Below are positions 1-10,390 of a stretch of DNA of 64,000 nucleotides, in pieces. Origin of the DNA: Dehalococcoidia bacterium (GTDB lineage: Bacteria > Chloroflexota > Dehalococcoidia > Plut-88900); contig OZ240215.1 of the NCBI GenBank assembly GCA_965197585.1, forward strand, positions 160,001-224,000, read 5' to 3'. A program made the position numbers and the translations under genes. The first letter of the stretch is position 1. Each line of letters begins with the position of its first letter. The notes beneath the pieces were generated by a model. It had not been told where the DNA came from, did no database searches, and saw only the letters and a list, made by a program, of their open reading frames with translations.

Positions 1-1443
1 GTACAAGGCCATGCCTTCAAAGTCACCAACTGGAACCGAGCTGACGTAGGCGCCATACTCCAAGCTCACTATCTCTACTTGGATATCTATCAAAGACAAA
101 GAACTGGCGATGAATTCTGCTTCCTGGACCAGCGTGGGGCCATAATCCGCAGTGGCGACCAAGGTGATATCGAATCCATCCTGGTATCCCGCTTGAACCA
201 TTAGCTCCTTGGCCAACTCTTGGTCAAACTCGTAGAACTTGAGGACATCAGGGTTAAGCTCGCTATCAGGCAGCCACCACTTTATGAACCCTGGGGAGAT
301 CTCTCCCCGTCCGACCTCCGCATGCCCTCCATATACTGTGTCCACAATGGTACGGCTATTCAAAACTGACCGTATAGCTTGCCTCACCCGAACATCGTCT
401 AAAGGAGGACGGTCCGTCCGCATCAGGATGGGGTCGGTGCACTGAGGGAAAGGATGAGAGTTGTAGACTACGCCGGGCACCTGTGACAGGGCACTACGAT
501 CACCTCCGGCTATGGTGAAGTAATTGCTGTAATTGACTGAGACAAAGTCAAGGTCCCCAGCCTGGAACGATGCAAAGGCCGTATTGATGTCTGGGACAAC
601 CTTCCACACCACCTCATCAAGATAAGGCAGTGGGGTCCTATAGTAGTCGGGGTTTCTTTCGAACACTACCTCGACTCCAGGGTTGTGACTTTTGAGAATG
701 AAGGGACCTGTGCCAATGACTGCCTCAGCGGTTTCTAGGGTGCCGAACTCCTCCAGGACCTCGGGTGCGTACATGGGGTACTGGTTCGCAGCCAGGATTT
801 GGGGTAGGGCAACATATGGTTCCGAGAGATTAATCACCACTGTTAGGGCATCCCTACATTCCACAGAGTCAATGGGACCCAAGAGATAACTAACAGGCGA
901 CTCTGGGTCCAAGTAACGGTTTATGCTGAATTGAACGTCGGAACACGCAAATTGACGTCCGTTAAGAGGAGGCAGATTTTGCCATTTGACTCCCTCTCTC
1001 AAGTCGATCCTCAACCGGGTAGGTGTTTCAAACTCGTAGTCTCTTGCAAGGTCACCCTGGAATTCATAGTTGAGCACATACTCAACAGAGTTAGGATCTG
1101 CAAAGTTCGGCCCATTGAAGTATCTGAACAACCTGCTGTGGGTCATGGAATTGGAGTTCATAGTCCCGAAATCCGCTACCCTACTGGCATCAAAACCAAA
1201 AGGATCCGCGTACACAGGCATTGTCACTGTTCCACCAGGAATCGGCCCTTCCATTGAAGTGGCGGCTTCAGTGGGGGCAGCAGATGGTGATGTGGGAGTA
1301 GCTTGGGTTGTCGGACTTGTGGCTGTGGGATCAACCGTCTCCTCTTCTCCACCTCCACATGCCACCACTAACAACACGATTGCTGCCACTAACCCTACGG
1401 CCAAGATCAGGTTCATTCGTCTCTTCGGCCTGTAGGCAAACAT
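1..1443 (-). CDS. ABC transporter substrate-binding lipoprotein, peptide/nickel (family 5) type; runs off the window edge
   Basis: Not in the ORF track. Manual translation from ATG at 1443 (RBS AGGAG): MFAYRPKRRMNLILAVGLVAAIVLLVVACGGG (lipobox), Pro/Thr linker, then GDLA..YE...LREGVKWQNLPPLNGR...DVQFS and IGTGPF, typical of SBP_bac_5. Confidence 0.85.
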   Translation of the reverse strand, partial: MFAYRPKRRMNLILAVGLVAAIVLLVVACGGGEEETVDPTATSPTTQATPTSPSAAPTEAATSMEGPIPGGTVTMPVYADPFGFDASRVADFGTMNSNSMTHSRLFRYFNGPNFADPNSVEYVLNYEFQGDLARDYEFETPTRLRIDLREGVKWQNLPPLNGRQFACSDVQFSINRYLDPESPVSYLLGPIDSVECRDALTVVINLSEPYVALPQILAANQYPMYAPEVLEEFGTLETAEAVIGTGPFILKSHNPGVEVVFERNPDYYRTPLPYLDEVVWKVVPDINTAFASFQAGDLDFVSVNYSNYFTIAGGDRSALSQVPGVVYNSHPFPQCTDPILMRTDRPPLDDVRVRQAIRSVLNSRTIVDTVYGGHAEVGRGEISPGFIKWWLPDSELNPDVLKFYEFDQELAKELMVQAGYQDGFDITLVATADYGPTLVQEAEFIASSLSLIDIQVEIVSLEYGAYVSSVPVGDFEGMALY

Positions 1444-1937
1444 ACGCTTTCTCCTCCTTAATGTCCCTATATCCAGTGCTTATTTGTAGAAGCGTGCAGC
1501 TTATTGTTGAGTTAGTGTATGTCTCCTACAACGATTGTCAGCCTTACCAAAATCTAGCATTGATGCCGATAAGGCCTGGCGCAATGAGTGAATGGTACTT
1601 TCCAATAGCCTAGGAGGCACATAACCCGTCCTTTAGAGGGACATCGTTTGCCGAGGCAACGGAAATGACTTTTGTCCGTTGGGTATCGTGCCTGTTGCAT
1701 CAGCAGGACATGCGGCCACACCTACGCCAGAGCTATTGTCTAGGTACGGACCTTCCAATTCACGCAGGCGGTGATCCATATCGCGATTTTGTATCTAGAA
1801 CTCCAAAGAACAGTAGGGTTGTTTTCGGTCGGATAAACACAAGGTGGGCGCATAGCCCAGCAAGGCTCAGATGGGACTCCTTTTAGGGGCTTCCTCGGTC
1901 AGCACGGTCACACAGCAGTCAAACAAGCAGCCCAATC

Positions 1938-3101
1938 CTATAGGTTATATGTCTTTATCCCGTTTTCCGATAGGACCTTCCTTTGGTCCTCCTCCGACAA
2001 GGGTGCTATCAAAGCCTTTACTTTGTTGAGGACTCCAGGATATCCATCGTGGTGTGGAAAGTCAGTAGCCCAGAAGAACCTGTCTGCTCCCCACCGATTT
2101 ATTACATGGGGTATTAGTTCCTCTTCTGGCTCAAAGGAGATCCAACACTGCCGCTGGAAATATTCACTAGGCTGTAGACTGAATTGGACAGTAACTTGTT
2201 CTCGCTCCCATCTATCGTCCATCCGCTCAAGCCAATAAGCTATCCAGGTGGCGCCAGTTTCCAGAAGCACAAACTTAAGCTCAGGGAAGCGGTCGAACGC
2301 ACCCCTGCTTGTCATACTGAGGAGCGCTAAGTGGGATTGAAACGCTACTGTCTGGGTGGTCCACCAGAAATTGGAGAACAAGAAATCCATGGAATCGTTG
2401 ACTTCTTCGTATGGGTCCATACCCATATAGTTCAGGTCTGTGGTGGGGTGGGGTGCAACAGGTAAGCCCGTTTCTTGGACTTCTTTAAAAAGGGAATTGA
2501 AATATGGGTCACCCCAGTGGCGATCATTGGGGCAAGCGCTATAGATCATAAATCCCTTTACTCCCAGATCGGCGGTTCTCTTCACTTCTTTCACTGCCTC
2601 TTGCACATCCATGGTCGGAATATGAGCTATGGGAAAGAGCCGGTCTGGATAGGGTTTGCAGAAGTCCATTAACCAGTCGTTGTAAGCACGGCAATATGCG
2701 GCGGCCGCTTTAGGGTCATCACACTCAGCTTCCCAGTAGAGCCCTAGGGAGGGGTAGTGCAGAGCGATGTCAACTCCTTCTGCATCCATCCATTCAATTC
2801 TAGCGTGAGGGTCGTGTGCCGCGGGAATCATACCGTCGTAATAGTCCACACCTCCAGGGGTGAAGAAGGGCAGCAGCTCCTCTGGGGTCGCACCGAACCC
2901 TTTGCCGGCCTCAAGACCTAGGCCCGCCCCACCCTGAAGCATAATAGACTTCTTGCCGTTGATCTCCACATACTCCAGACCCCTTTCATCTTTTAACAAG
3001 CGCAAGGGGCGATCCTTAAATGCCGGATCAAGGTACTCGTCCATGATTAGAGTTATGGGCTCGGCCACATGAGCGTCAATATCCACAGTTTTGAAGGCCA
3101 T
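1938..3101 (-). CDS. Amidohydrolase family protein (Amidohydro_2)
   Basis: DIDAHVAE N-terminal metal motif, YPSLGL, AYNDWL, LETGATW, WATDFPHHDG. Confidence 0.9.
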   Translation of the reverse strand: MAFKTVDIDAHVAEPITLIMDEYLDPAFKDRPLRLLKDERGLEYVEINGKKSIMLQGGAGLGLEAGKGFGATPEELLPFFTPGGVDYYDGMIPAAHDPHARIEWMDAEGVDIALHYPSLGLYWEAECDDPKAAAAYCRAYNDWLMDFCKPYPDRLFPIAHIPTMDVQEAVKEVKRTADLGVKGFMIYSACPNDRHWGDPYFNSLFKEVQETGLPVAPHPTTDLNYMGMDPYEEVNDSMDFLFSNFWWTTQTVAFQSHLALLSMTSRGAFDRFPELKFVLLETGATWIAYWLERMDDRWEREQVTVQFSLQPSEYFQRQCWISFEPEEELIPHVINRWGADRFFWATDFPHHDGYPGVLNKVKALIAPLSEEDQRKVLSENGIKTYNL

Positions 3102-3141
3102 CGTAAATACCTGCCTTTCTGGTCAATATCTCCTAGAGATG

Positions 3142-4869
3142 TTACCCGCCCACCGCATAGTCATAGCTACGAAGTAGTTTACCCGGCAAGGCGCCGGTAC
3201 ATTGATTGTCATCTTCGAATGTTACTACTCCGTTTACAAGCGTGTAGCGATATCCTTCGGCCTTTTGGATTAGGCGCCGGTCCCCACCCGGCAAATCATT
3301 AGTGAAAATGGGAGAGTCATACTTAACACGCAGCTTGTCAAAGTCATAGACTATGATATCGGCTGCCATTCCCTCACGTAGCATGCCACGGTCTCGGTAT
3401 CCAGCGATCCAGGCTGGCAAAGCGCTCAGCTTGTAGTGAGCCTTTTCCAGACTCATGATCCCTCTATCACGTACCCAAGTGCTCAGAAGATCGGTGGGCC
3501 AGAAGGCCATCTGGACGAAGCTGAAGTGCGCTCCGCCATCAGATATAGCTGGATGCGTACCCGGATGATTGAGAATCTCAGCGGTTGCGTTCGGCTCGGA
3601 ATTAACGAAACATGGGAACGCCAACTCAGTGAGCAAGTCTTCATCAAGAGCCAGATCAAGCAGGGCGTCCACCGGGTGCTTGCCCATCATATTGGCAACC
3701 TCACCTACACTAAGACCGTCATATTTACGGTTGCGGTCCCTGGCGGTCTTTACAACCATGACTCTGTTCCAGTTGTTGTGGAAGTCTCCTGTCCGGCCTT
3801 CATCAACATCCTTCTTCATCGCTTCCCTTACTTCAGGCTTGCGGAGTTTAGCCATACGCTCTTCAGCCGTGCCCACCAGAGGTTGGACCCAACTAGGAAT
3901 GTGATCGAAGAAGTTAAAGTCGACCAGGCGGAACTGCATATCCAAGGATATAGAACTGGTCTGAGCATAGATGGGAAGCCCTAATGTATGGTTTTCTTCA
4001 GTCCACTCAAGAAGCTCTTTCCACTCGTCTTGGTCGCCTTCCTTATGCTGTATGATTCCGAGCCACTGCACTGGTCTCCCACTGACTCGGGTCAACTCCC
4101 TGATAAATTCCTCCCCTTCTTTGGGTGTTCCCTCCATTTCACCTCTTGTCCAGAAGATGTGTCCTATCCCATACTCACCCAATATCTCTGCCAGCGCTAG
4201 ATATTCCTCATTTGAACCTAAGTGGGTGGGTAGATAGCCCCCATCTCCTGCTCGGTCCTCTAGGCTCTTGTGACCCGAGAAACCCCAAGCACCTGCTTCC
4301 ATACCAAGGCGGAACAATGCCTTCATCTCCTCCAGTTCCGTATCCGTCATCGAAGTTCTTTGCCTTGACTCATCCGGACCCATAACGTGGGCCCTTAAAG
4401 GTGAGAAAGGAACGAGAGAGGCCACGTTTACACCCAGTCCCTGCTTATCTATGCTGTCTAAGTATTCTGGAAAAGTAACCCAATCCCAACGCATCCATTT
4501 CCGCAGCGACTCTACAGGGAGTGACATTACCCGGCTCAGCATCGCCAGGTAGGCGTCTCTGTTTTCCGGTTTGCAGGGCGCCCATCCAAATCCACACCCC
4601 CCGATGGTGACGGTGGTCACTCCATGCCAACCTGATGAGGTGCAGTATGGATCCCACTGAATTTGAGCGTCGTAGTGGCCGTGTATCTCTACGGCCCCTG
4701 GCGCTACAATACATCCTGTGGCATCGATTTCCCTTTTGCTGTTCGTATTTATTCGACCGCTGATTTGGGCAATTGTGCCATTCTTGATACCCAAATCTGC
4801 TTTGTAGGCAGGCAGTCCGCTACCATCTACTATTGTTCCATTGCGAATTACTGTATCAAAATCGGACAT
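3142..4869 (-). CDS. N-acyl-D-amino-acid deacylase-like amidohydrolase
   Basis: DTVIRNGTIVDGSG, VAPG..E.HGHYD, GVTTVTIGGCG, SDGGAH, RGMLREGMAADIIVYD. Start moved to ATG 4869 behind the GAGGAGG RBS. Confidence 0.85.
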   Translation of the reverse strand: MSDFDTVIRNGTIVDGSGLPAYKADLGIKNGTIAQISGRINTNSKREIDATGCIVAPGAVEIHGHYDAQIQWDPYCTSSGWHGVTTVTIGGCGFGWAPCKPENRDAYLAMLSRVMSLPVESLRKWMRWDWVTFPEYLDSIDKQGLGVNVASLVPFSPLRAHVMGPDESRQRTSMTDTELEEMKALFRLGMEAGAWGFSGHKSLEDRAGDGGYLPTHLGSNEEYLALAEILGEYGIGHIFWTRGEMEGTPKEGEEFIRELTRVSGRPVQWLGIIQHKEGDQDEWKELLEWTEENHTLGLPIYAQTSSISLDMQFRLVDFNFFDHIPSWVQPLVGTAEERMAKLRKPEVREAMKKDVDEGRTGDFHNNWNRVMVVKTARDRNRKYDGLSVGEVANMMGKHPVDALLDLALDEDLLTELAFPCFVNSEPNATAEILNHPGTHPAISDGGAHFSFVQMAFWPTDLLSTWVRDRGIMSLEKAHYKLSALPAWIAGYRDRGMLREGMAADIIVYDFDKLRVKYDSPIFTNDLPGGDRRLIQKAEGYRYTLVNGVVTFEDDNQCTGALPGKLLRSYDYAVGG

Positions 4870-4981
4870 GCTCAGCCTCCTCGTAAACGATAGCCTCACA
4901 GTTGACCCTCAATGAAATGCTGGAAGACTGATTAAAAGCCATTTCCGACATTACAACTTAGGCTTAAGTTCATTGAGGGTA

Positions 4982-5038
4982 ACAGTACGCCCATGGCCAA
5001 AGAGGGTCAAGGATACGCGGCTCAATAGCTAGTGTCAA
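4982..5038 (-). promoter_or_regulatory. Two tandem sigma70-like promoters upstream of the deacylase/amidohydrolase genes
   Basis: Minus strand: TTGACC(5010-5005)-17 bp-TACTGT(4987-4982) and TTGACA(5038-5033)-17 bp-TATCCT(5015-5010). Confidence 0.5.
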
Positions 5039-5389
5039 GAGTTGTATCGACTCCCCGCGGCTCATAGCCGTTTAGGGAAATAGATTCACTCCGGCTAACG
5101 GGAATTTGGAATACAACACGGTACAGAAGTGGGGCATCCAACATTGGCATATCACATGTATGCGCTCGTCCAATCGGACCAGCACTCTCTTGGGCTCGTA
5201 CGTAGTCTCAACGCCAGGTGACGTCAGCATGGCTGATCCTCTTTGGTTGATAAGACGTTATCAACGGCAGCATGCAGGCATGGGGTTGGACCATATAATT
5301 GCACTACGGTTCCCAACTTTTGGGCAAGGATTGAAATTAGTGGAACTCCTACGGGTAGTACCATAGGTAATCGTCCCGGCTGCCTATGG

Positions 5390-6376
5390 CTAGTAGAGGT
5401 GGCAGGCGACGGAGTGGCCCTGGGTGGTCTGCTTTAAGACGGGAGTGATTTCCCGGCAGACGTCCATGGCGAAGGGGCAACGGGGGTGGAAGGAGCAGCC
5501 TTTTGGGGGGTCGATGGGGCTGGGTACGTCGCCGGTGAGGATAATTCGCTCGCGGGAGGCCTCGACTACGGGGTCGGGGATGGGGACGGCGGAGAGAAGG
5601 GCACGGGTGTAAGGGTGCTTGGGGTCTCGGTAGAGTTCGTCCCTGCCGGTAATCTCGACGATCTTGCCCAAGTACATGACCGCGACCCTGTCGGAGATGT
5701 GCCTCACGACAGAGAGGTCGTGGGCGATGAAGAGATAGGTTAGGTCGAAGCGCTCCTGGAGGGAACGGAGCAGGTTGATGACCTGGGCCTGAATCGAAAC
5801 GTCGAGGGCGGAGACGGGTTCGTCGCAGACGATGAAGGTTGGGTTTACGGCGAGGGCTCGTGCGATGCCGATCCTCTGGCGCTGGCCACCACTGAACTCG
5901 TAGGGGTAGCGGTCCATCATGTTGGGATTGAGGCCCACAACCTCGAACAGCTCCTGCACCCTGTTCCTTCGCTCGTTTCGGTCGCCAATCTTGTGGATGA
6001 TGAGGGGTTCTTCGACTATAGCGCCGACGGTCATGCGGGGGTTCAAGGAGCCGTAGGGGTCCTGGAAGATGACCTGAAGTTCTTTCCTGAGGGGACGCAT
6101 TTCCTTGCCGGAGAGCTGGGTAAGGTCCTCGCCCCGGAAGCGGACTTCACCGCCGGTGGGTTTGAGGAGCTGGAGGATGCACCTGCCGATGGTGGTCTTG
6201 CCACAGCCGCTTTCGCCGACGAGGCCGAGGGTCTCTCCGCGCATGATCTGGAAGGATACGCCGTCGACGGCCTTGATTTCGCCCACCTTGGACTGGAAAA
6301 TGACGCCCTTGCTTACGGGGAAGTGCATCTGCAGGTCACGAACGTCCAGGAGGATGTAGGGGTCGGGAATCATCAT
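5390..6376 (-). CDS. oppF: Oligo/dipeptide ABC transporter ATP-binding subunit (OppF/DppF type)
   Basis: [47 protein letters not shown] 6376 overlaps the upstream stop. Confidence 0.9.
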   Translation of the reverse strand: MMIPDPYILLDVRDLQMHFPVSKGVIFQSKVGEIKAVDGVSFQIMRGETLGLVGESGCGKTTIGRCILQLLKPTGGEVRFRGEDLTQLSGKEMRPLRKELQVIFQDPYGSLNPRMTVGAIVEEPLIIHKIGDRNERRNRVQELFEVVGLNPNMMDRYPYEFSGGQRQRIGIARALAVNPTFIVCDEPVSALDVSIQAQVINLLRSLQERFDLTYLFIAHDLSVVRHISDRVAVMYLGKIVEITGRDELYRDPKHPYTRALLSAVPIPDPVVEASRERIILTGDVPSPIDPPKGCSFHPRCPFAMDVCREITPVLKQTTQGHSVACHLY

Positions 6377-7368
6377 AAGGCGGGCTCCGGGGTGCGACGG
6401 GTGACGTCTACGAGGCATGCTGCGGAGTGTCCGGGCCGCTTTAGCTCCAGGAGCGGGTCAGTGTGAGCGCAAGCGTCTATGGCAAAGGCGCATCGTGGGT
6501 GGAAAGAGCATCCCGCAGGTCGGTGGGCCAGGTCGGGGGGTGCGCCCTCGATGGGGACGAGTTGCTCCCTGATAGACTCGTCTAGGCGAGGGACGGAGGC
6601 GAGGAGGCCGAGGGTGTAGGGGTGGCGGGGAGTCCCGTAGACGTTGTGAGCGGAGGAACTTTCGACGATTCTGCCGGCGTACATGACGTTGACGGAATCG
6701 GCGTAACGGGCCACGACGCCGAGGTTGTGGGTGATGATGACTACTGCGGTGCCGCGCTCCTTGGAGAGCCGGCTGATGAGCTCGAGGAGTTGGGCCTGTA
6801 TGGTGACGTCGACGGCTGTGGTGGGTTCGTCGGCAAGGAGCACTTTAGGCTCGCAACTGAGGGCCATGGCCACCATGACGCGTTGCCTCATGCCACCGCT
6901 CATGCGGTGGGGGTAGTCGTCGAGCCTGCGTCCGGGGTCGGCTAAACCGACCTCTTCGAGGAGCTCACCGGCGCGGGTGTTGGCGGCTCTTCCGGAGAGG
7001 CCGAGGTGCACTTCGAGGGCCTCCGTCATTTGACGGCCGATGGTGAGGACGGGGTTGAGGGAGGTCATGGGCTCCTGGAAGATAATGGCGATGTCCTTGC
7101 CGCGCCGGCGTCTCATCTGGTCGTTGCTGAGCTTGAGCAGGTCTTGGCCGTCGAGAAGGACCTCACCTTCGACGATCTCGCCCGGGGGTGAAGGGATGAG
7201 GCGCATCAGGGAGAGAGCGCTGACGGTTTTGCCGCACCCGCTCTCGCCGACAAGGCCCATTGTTTCCCCGGCCCTGAGAGAGTAGGAGATGCCGTCGACG
7301 GCCTTGACCACACCGTCCTCGGTGTAGAAGTAGGTCTTAAGGTTTTTGACCTGTAGGAGCGGTGGCAT
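6373..7368 (-). CDS. oppD: Oligo/dipeptide ABC transporter ATP-binding subunit (OppD/DppD type)
   Basis: [37 protein letters not shown], Cys-rich C-terminal tail. Confidence 0.9.
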   Translation of the reverse strand: MPPLLQVKNLKTYFYTEDGVVKAVDGISYSLRAGETMGLVGESGCGKTVSALSLMRLIPSPPGEIVEGEVLLDGQDLLKLSNDQMRRRRGKDIAIIFQEPMTSLNPVLTIGRQMTEALEVHLGLSGRAANTRAGELLEEVGLADPGRRLDDYPHRMSGGMRQRVMVAMALSCEPKVLLADEPTTAVDVTIQAQLLELISRLSKERGTAVVIITHNLGVVARYADSVNVMYAGRIVESSSAHNVYGTPRHPYTLGLLASVPRLDESIREQLVPIEGAPPDLAHRPAGCSFHPRCAFAIDACAHTDPLLELKRPGHSAACLVDVTRRTPEPAL

Positions 7369-7499
7369 GGTTTGTTATTTGTGGCGGGGGACTTGGGGTG
7401 GGGTGGGAATCACTAATGACAAGTTTACCAGTGAAGGGGATGGAATCGGCAAGCAGGGGAAGGTAATGGGCGATCAGGCTTTGGGATCTACTCGTGAAG

Positions 7500-8100
7500 T
7501 AGGAGGTGAATTCCCTCACCAAGGTGGAGAAATCTCACCACAACCTGCTGGAAATGGTGCTGCCGGGAATCGACTAGTTCGAACTGATGAAGCGCATCGT
7601 GCGGATCACCATTGCGCCGGCGGCCTTCCTTCGTTCCGGGACGGGAATCAGAACATCGCTCGGGCCTTCGAAAAGGGGGCCGACGACTACATCATGAAGC
7701 ACTTTTCCTCCACAGAACTGGTGGCGGAGAGTCAAGGCGTCCCTGCACAGGCGAGGGGTCGCATGGAGTGTGCCTCTCGAACCCTATGTGCTGAGGGACC
7801 TGACCATCAATTATGGAAACGTCTAGTGACTGGAGGGGGCCGCTCGGTGAAGCTGATCCCGACCGAATAGAAGCTTCTATTCGAGCTTTCGGTTCACGCC
7901 GGACGAGCATTGACCAACGATCAGCTACTGCGACGGGTCTTAGTACAGAGAGAGCCGGGCGATCCACAGGTGGTACGCGCCTAAGTGGGACGTCTCAGCG
8001 GCAGGCCGAGAGACCACGCCTACAGCCCAGACTACACCTTCAACGAGTCCCGGGTGGACTATCGCATGGCCAAGGGCGAGACGCAGGAACGGGAGGAGCC
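7500..8100 (+). pseudogene. Decayed OmpR/KdpE-type response regulator
   Basis: Fragments in shifting frames with stops: LLEMVLPGID*FELMKRI, IARAFEKGADDYIMKHFSSTELVA (receiver), GGRSVKLIPTE*KLL and PDYTFNESRVDYRMAK (winged-helix end). Boundaries approximate. Confidence 0.7.
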
Positions 8101-8185
8101 GTGTCCTTTGGGGCGCTGAATGGCCGAAGACTCCCAAACCGAACACCCCCGCTGCCCTGCGGCGGCATCTGAGGCAACCCGCCAG

Positions 8186-9067
8186 TCAACGGTAGGCTTT
8201 CACCTGACCATGTATGTCCAGCACCAGTTTACAAGGCCAAGACGAATACCAAAGTGAAAGTTCTTGATTTTGTCCAGTTTGGTGGGGAGTGAACAAGCCC
8301 ACGAACCCCACTACACCCGCCAGGGACACCGCGGCGCCTGCCAACACCCCCGCGGAGGACAACGCTACTAATCGGGTAGTTTTGGGGCTGGCCCCCAGCT
8401 GCCAGGCAAGCCGGTCGCCTAGTACTAGAAGGTTCAGCCGCCCTGCCGCCAGGACTGCGAGGCCTAGTCCGAGAGCAAGGTAAGGAATCGCCGGCGTGAC
8501 GTCTTCCCAACCTCGGTTGGACAAACTCCCGCTGAACAGGGACAACGCTTGCAGGCTGAAAACTCGTGCGTGAGTGAGGATGGCTGCGGCGATTGCCAGA
8601 GTCAGAGCCCCTATGGATACTCCAACTAAAGCGAGTCGAGTCGGGGTCAGGCTTTCCCGTGAAGCCAACAGGAATATGAGAAGGGCGCCGATAAGTCCCG
8701 CGGCAACCGAAAGGGAGGTTAGTCCCCAGGCCCCCACTGTAATCGCCCCGGATAAGGCCAAGGCCTGGACGATGGATGCCCCACCGCCCAACCCAAAGAT
8801 CTGGGGGTCTCCCAGTGGGTTTCGGGTAGCGCTTTGAATCAGCGATCCCGCAGCGCCCAGACACGCACCTGCCACCAGCGCTGCTACGACCCTGGGAATG
8901 CGTAGGGAACGAACTATTACCTCGGCGGTGGGGTCTCCACTGTCGGTGAAGAGGGCCTTAAGGAGTGTTGAGGCGTCCAGGTTCGCACTGCCGAAAGCGA
9001 TCCCGACAATGCAGCCTCCCAGTAAGGCAACGGCGAGGCCAGTCAGAACCAGGATCGGGCGTCGCAA
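8186..9067 (-). CDS. FecCD-family iron-chelate/cobalamin ABC permease, C-terminally truncated (probable pseudogene)
   Basis: LRIPRVVAALVAGACLGAAG, RNPLGDP..FG, LGD..A..LG, GVVGFVGLFTPH. The sequence after this is unrelated and the last TM helices are missing. Confidence 0.8.
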   Translation of the reverse strand: MRRPILVLTGLAVALLGGCIVGIAFGSANLDASTLLKALFTDSGDPTAEVIVRSLRIPRVVAALVAGACLGAAGSLIQSATRNPLGDPQIFGLGGGASIVQALALSGAITVGAWGLTSLSVAAGLIGALLIFLLASRESLTPTRLALVGVSIGALTLAIAAAILTHARVFSLQALSLFSGSLSNRGWEDVTPAIPYLALGLGLAVLAAGRLNLLVLGDRLAWQLGASPKTTRLVALSSAGVLAGAAVSLAGVVGFVGLFTPHQTGQNQELSLWYSSWPCKLVLDIHGQVKAYR

Positions 9068-10213
9068 CTATGGGGCGCTTCCTACAATTTCGGCCATGGC
9101 TTCCACGGCCTCGGCTATGCGCGGCCCCTGGTTGCGCAGGAAGATCACGACGTCGAGTTCATGCAACTGGCCACTTGTAATTGCCCGTAGGCTCGAGAAT
9201 CCGGGTATGCGAGGCAGCATCACCGAGAGTCGGGGCGCGGGTTCCGGCGCAGGTGTGATCGTGAACAGGAAGTCCGGGTCCATAGTGAGCAACTGCTCAG
9301 CCGAAATCTGGGCGAAACCCGGAAACGTCCCGCTGTCGGGCAAGTCGGCCGCCGGGTTTGACAGTTGCAGCATCGAAGTTATGGCCCCGGGGTACGATTG
9401 TGGCTTGGCGACATACAGGTTTCTGTCCGCGTCCGAGATCAGGACCAGCGCACTAGTGCCGACGCTCGTATTCCCGATCGCCGACTCCACCCGTGCCTCT
9501 ATCTCCCTAGCCGCCAGCTGAGCCCCTTCCTCCTTCCCAATAATCTGCCCCAAAAGCTTGATTCCCATCGTCACGTCCTCCAGCGAGGCCGCACGAACCG
9601 CCACCACTGGCGGTCCCAGCTGTGATAGCGGCCCTAGGAACCGTGCCTGGGTCAGTGCCTCAATTAGTATCAGGTCCGGGCGTTGGGCCGCAATCGCCTC
9701 GAAACTGGGCGAGTAGGCGCCTCCCAACTCCGGAAGGCCGAGCACCTCGTCAGGAAAAGTCGAGCTCGAGTCCCGTGCCACTGCCATACCGCCTGCAACG
9801 TAAAGCATCTCCGTCGCCGTTGGGCTGATGCTCGCTATCCGCACTGGCTTGGCTGCAATCTCCACGGGCCTGCCCATCATGTCCGTAATCTGCAATGGGT
9901 AGGGTCCCGGCATGGCCTCAGGGGTCGACGTCGGTTCAGGTTCAGGCTCGGGTGTGGCCTGGTCGGCCGGAGCCGGAGTTGGGGTGGGCACATGGGTTGG
10001 AGCAACCGTGGGCAATGGGGTCGGGGCTACGGTGGGCACGGGTGTCGGAAGCGGTGAACTCTCAGTGGGAGCCACCGTGGCAGTGGGTCGCACGGTATCA
10101 TCGCTCCATGGTCCCAAGTTTAGACACGGGGGTATGATCAGAACCAATGCCAGCGTGAAAAATAAGGATACAGCCAATACTCTAGTTCGTGTAATGATGT
10201 TCAACTTAATCAC
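9068..10213 (-). CDS. Iron-siderophore/heme/cobalamin ABC substrate-binding protein (Peripla_BP_2) with Pro/Thr linker
   Basis: N-terminal hydrophobic anchor, PT-rich linker, ITDMMGR.V.I...PVRIASISPTATEML, PSFEAI...PDLI, GPRIAEA. Confidence 0.85.
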   Translation of the reverse strand: MIKLNIITRTRVLAVSLFFTLALVLIIPPCLNLGPWSDDTVRPTATVAPTESSPLPTPVPTVAPTPLPTVAPTHVPTPTPAPADQATPEPEPEPTSTPEAMPGPYPLQITDMMGRPVEIAAKPVRIASISPTATEMLYVAGGMAVARDSSSTFPDEVLGLPELGGAYSPSFEAIAAQRPDLILIEALTQARFLGPLSQLGPPVVAVRAASLEDVTMGIKLLGQIIGKEEGAQLAAREIEARVESAIGNTSVGTSALVLISDADRNLYVAKPQSYPGAITSMLQLSNPAADLPDSGTFPGFAQISAEQLLTMDPDFLFTITPAPEPAPRLSVMLPRIPGFSSLRAITSGQLHELDVVIFLRNQGPRIAEAVEAMAEIVGSAP

Positions 10214-10390
10214 TTACTAGACCTCTCTTATGTCTTCGCGCGGCATCAAGCGCTGAATTATCCCTGTCCCGGCCCGCTACTTCACTGACGACAAAACGAC
10301 CTGGTTTCTTATGGTCCCCACGGTAAATGGTCATGGTCCATGCCGTGAAAGGATTGCCACCTGCCCAGTCCTTGAGACGGCTGCCAAGAA

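Noticed and set aside
5246-5265. Palindrome GTTGATAA-gacg-TTATCAAC, superficially Fur-like
   Set aside because: Spacing does not fit the Fur consensus and it is not upstream of an iron gene.
10214-10390. Possible cobalamin riboswitch before the Peripla_BP_2/FecCD genes
   Set aside because: No B12-box or conserved GGGAA/CCCGC/GCCACTG elements seen.
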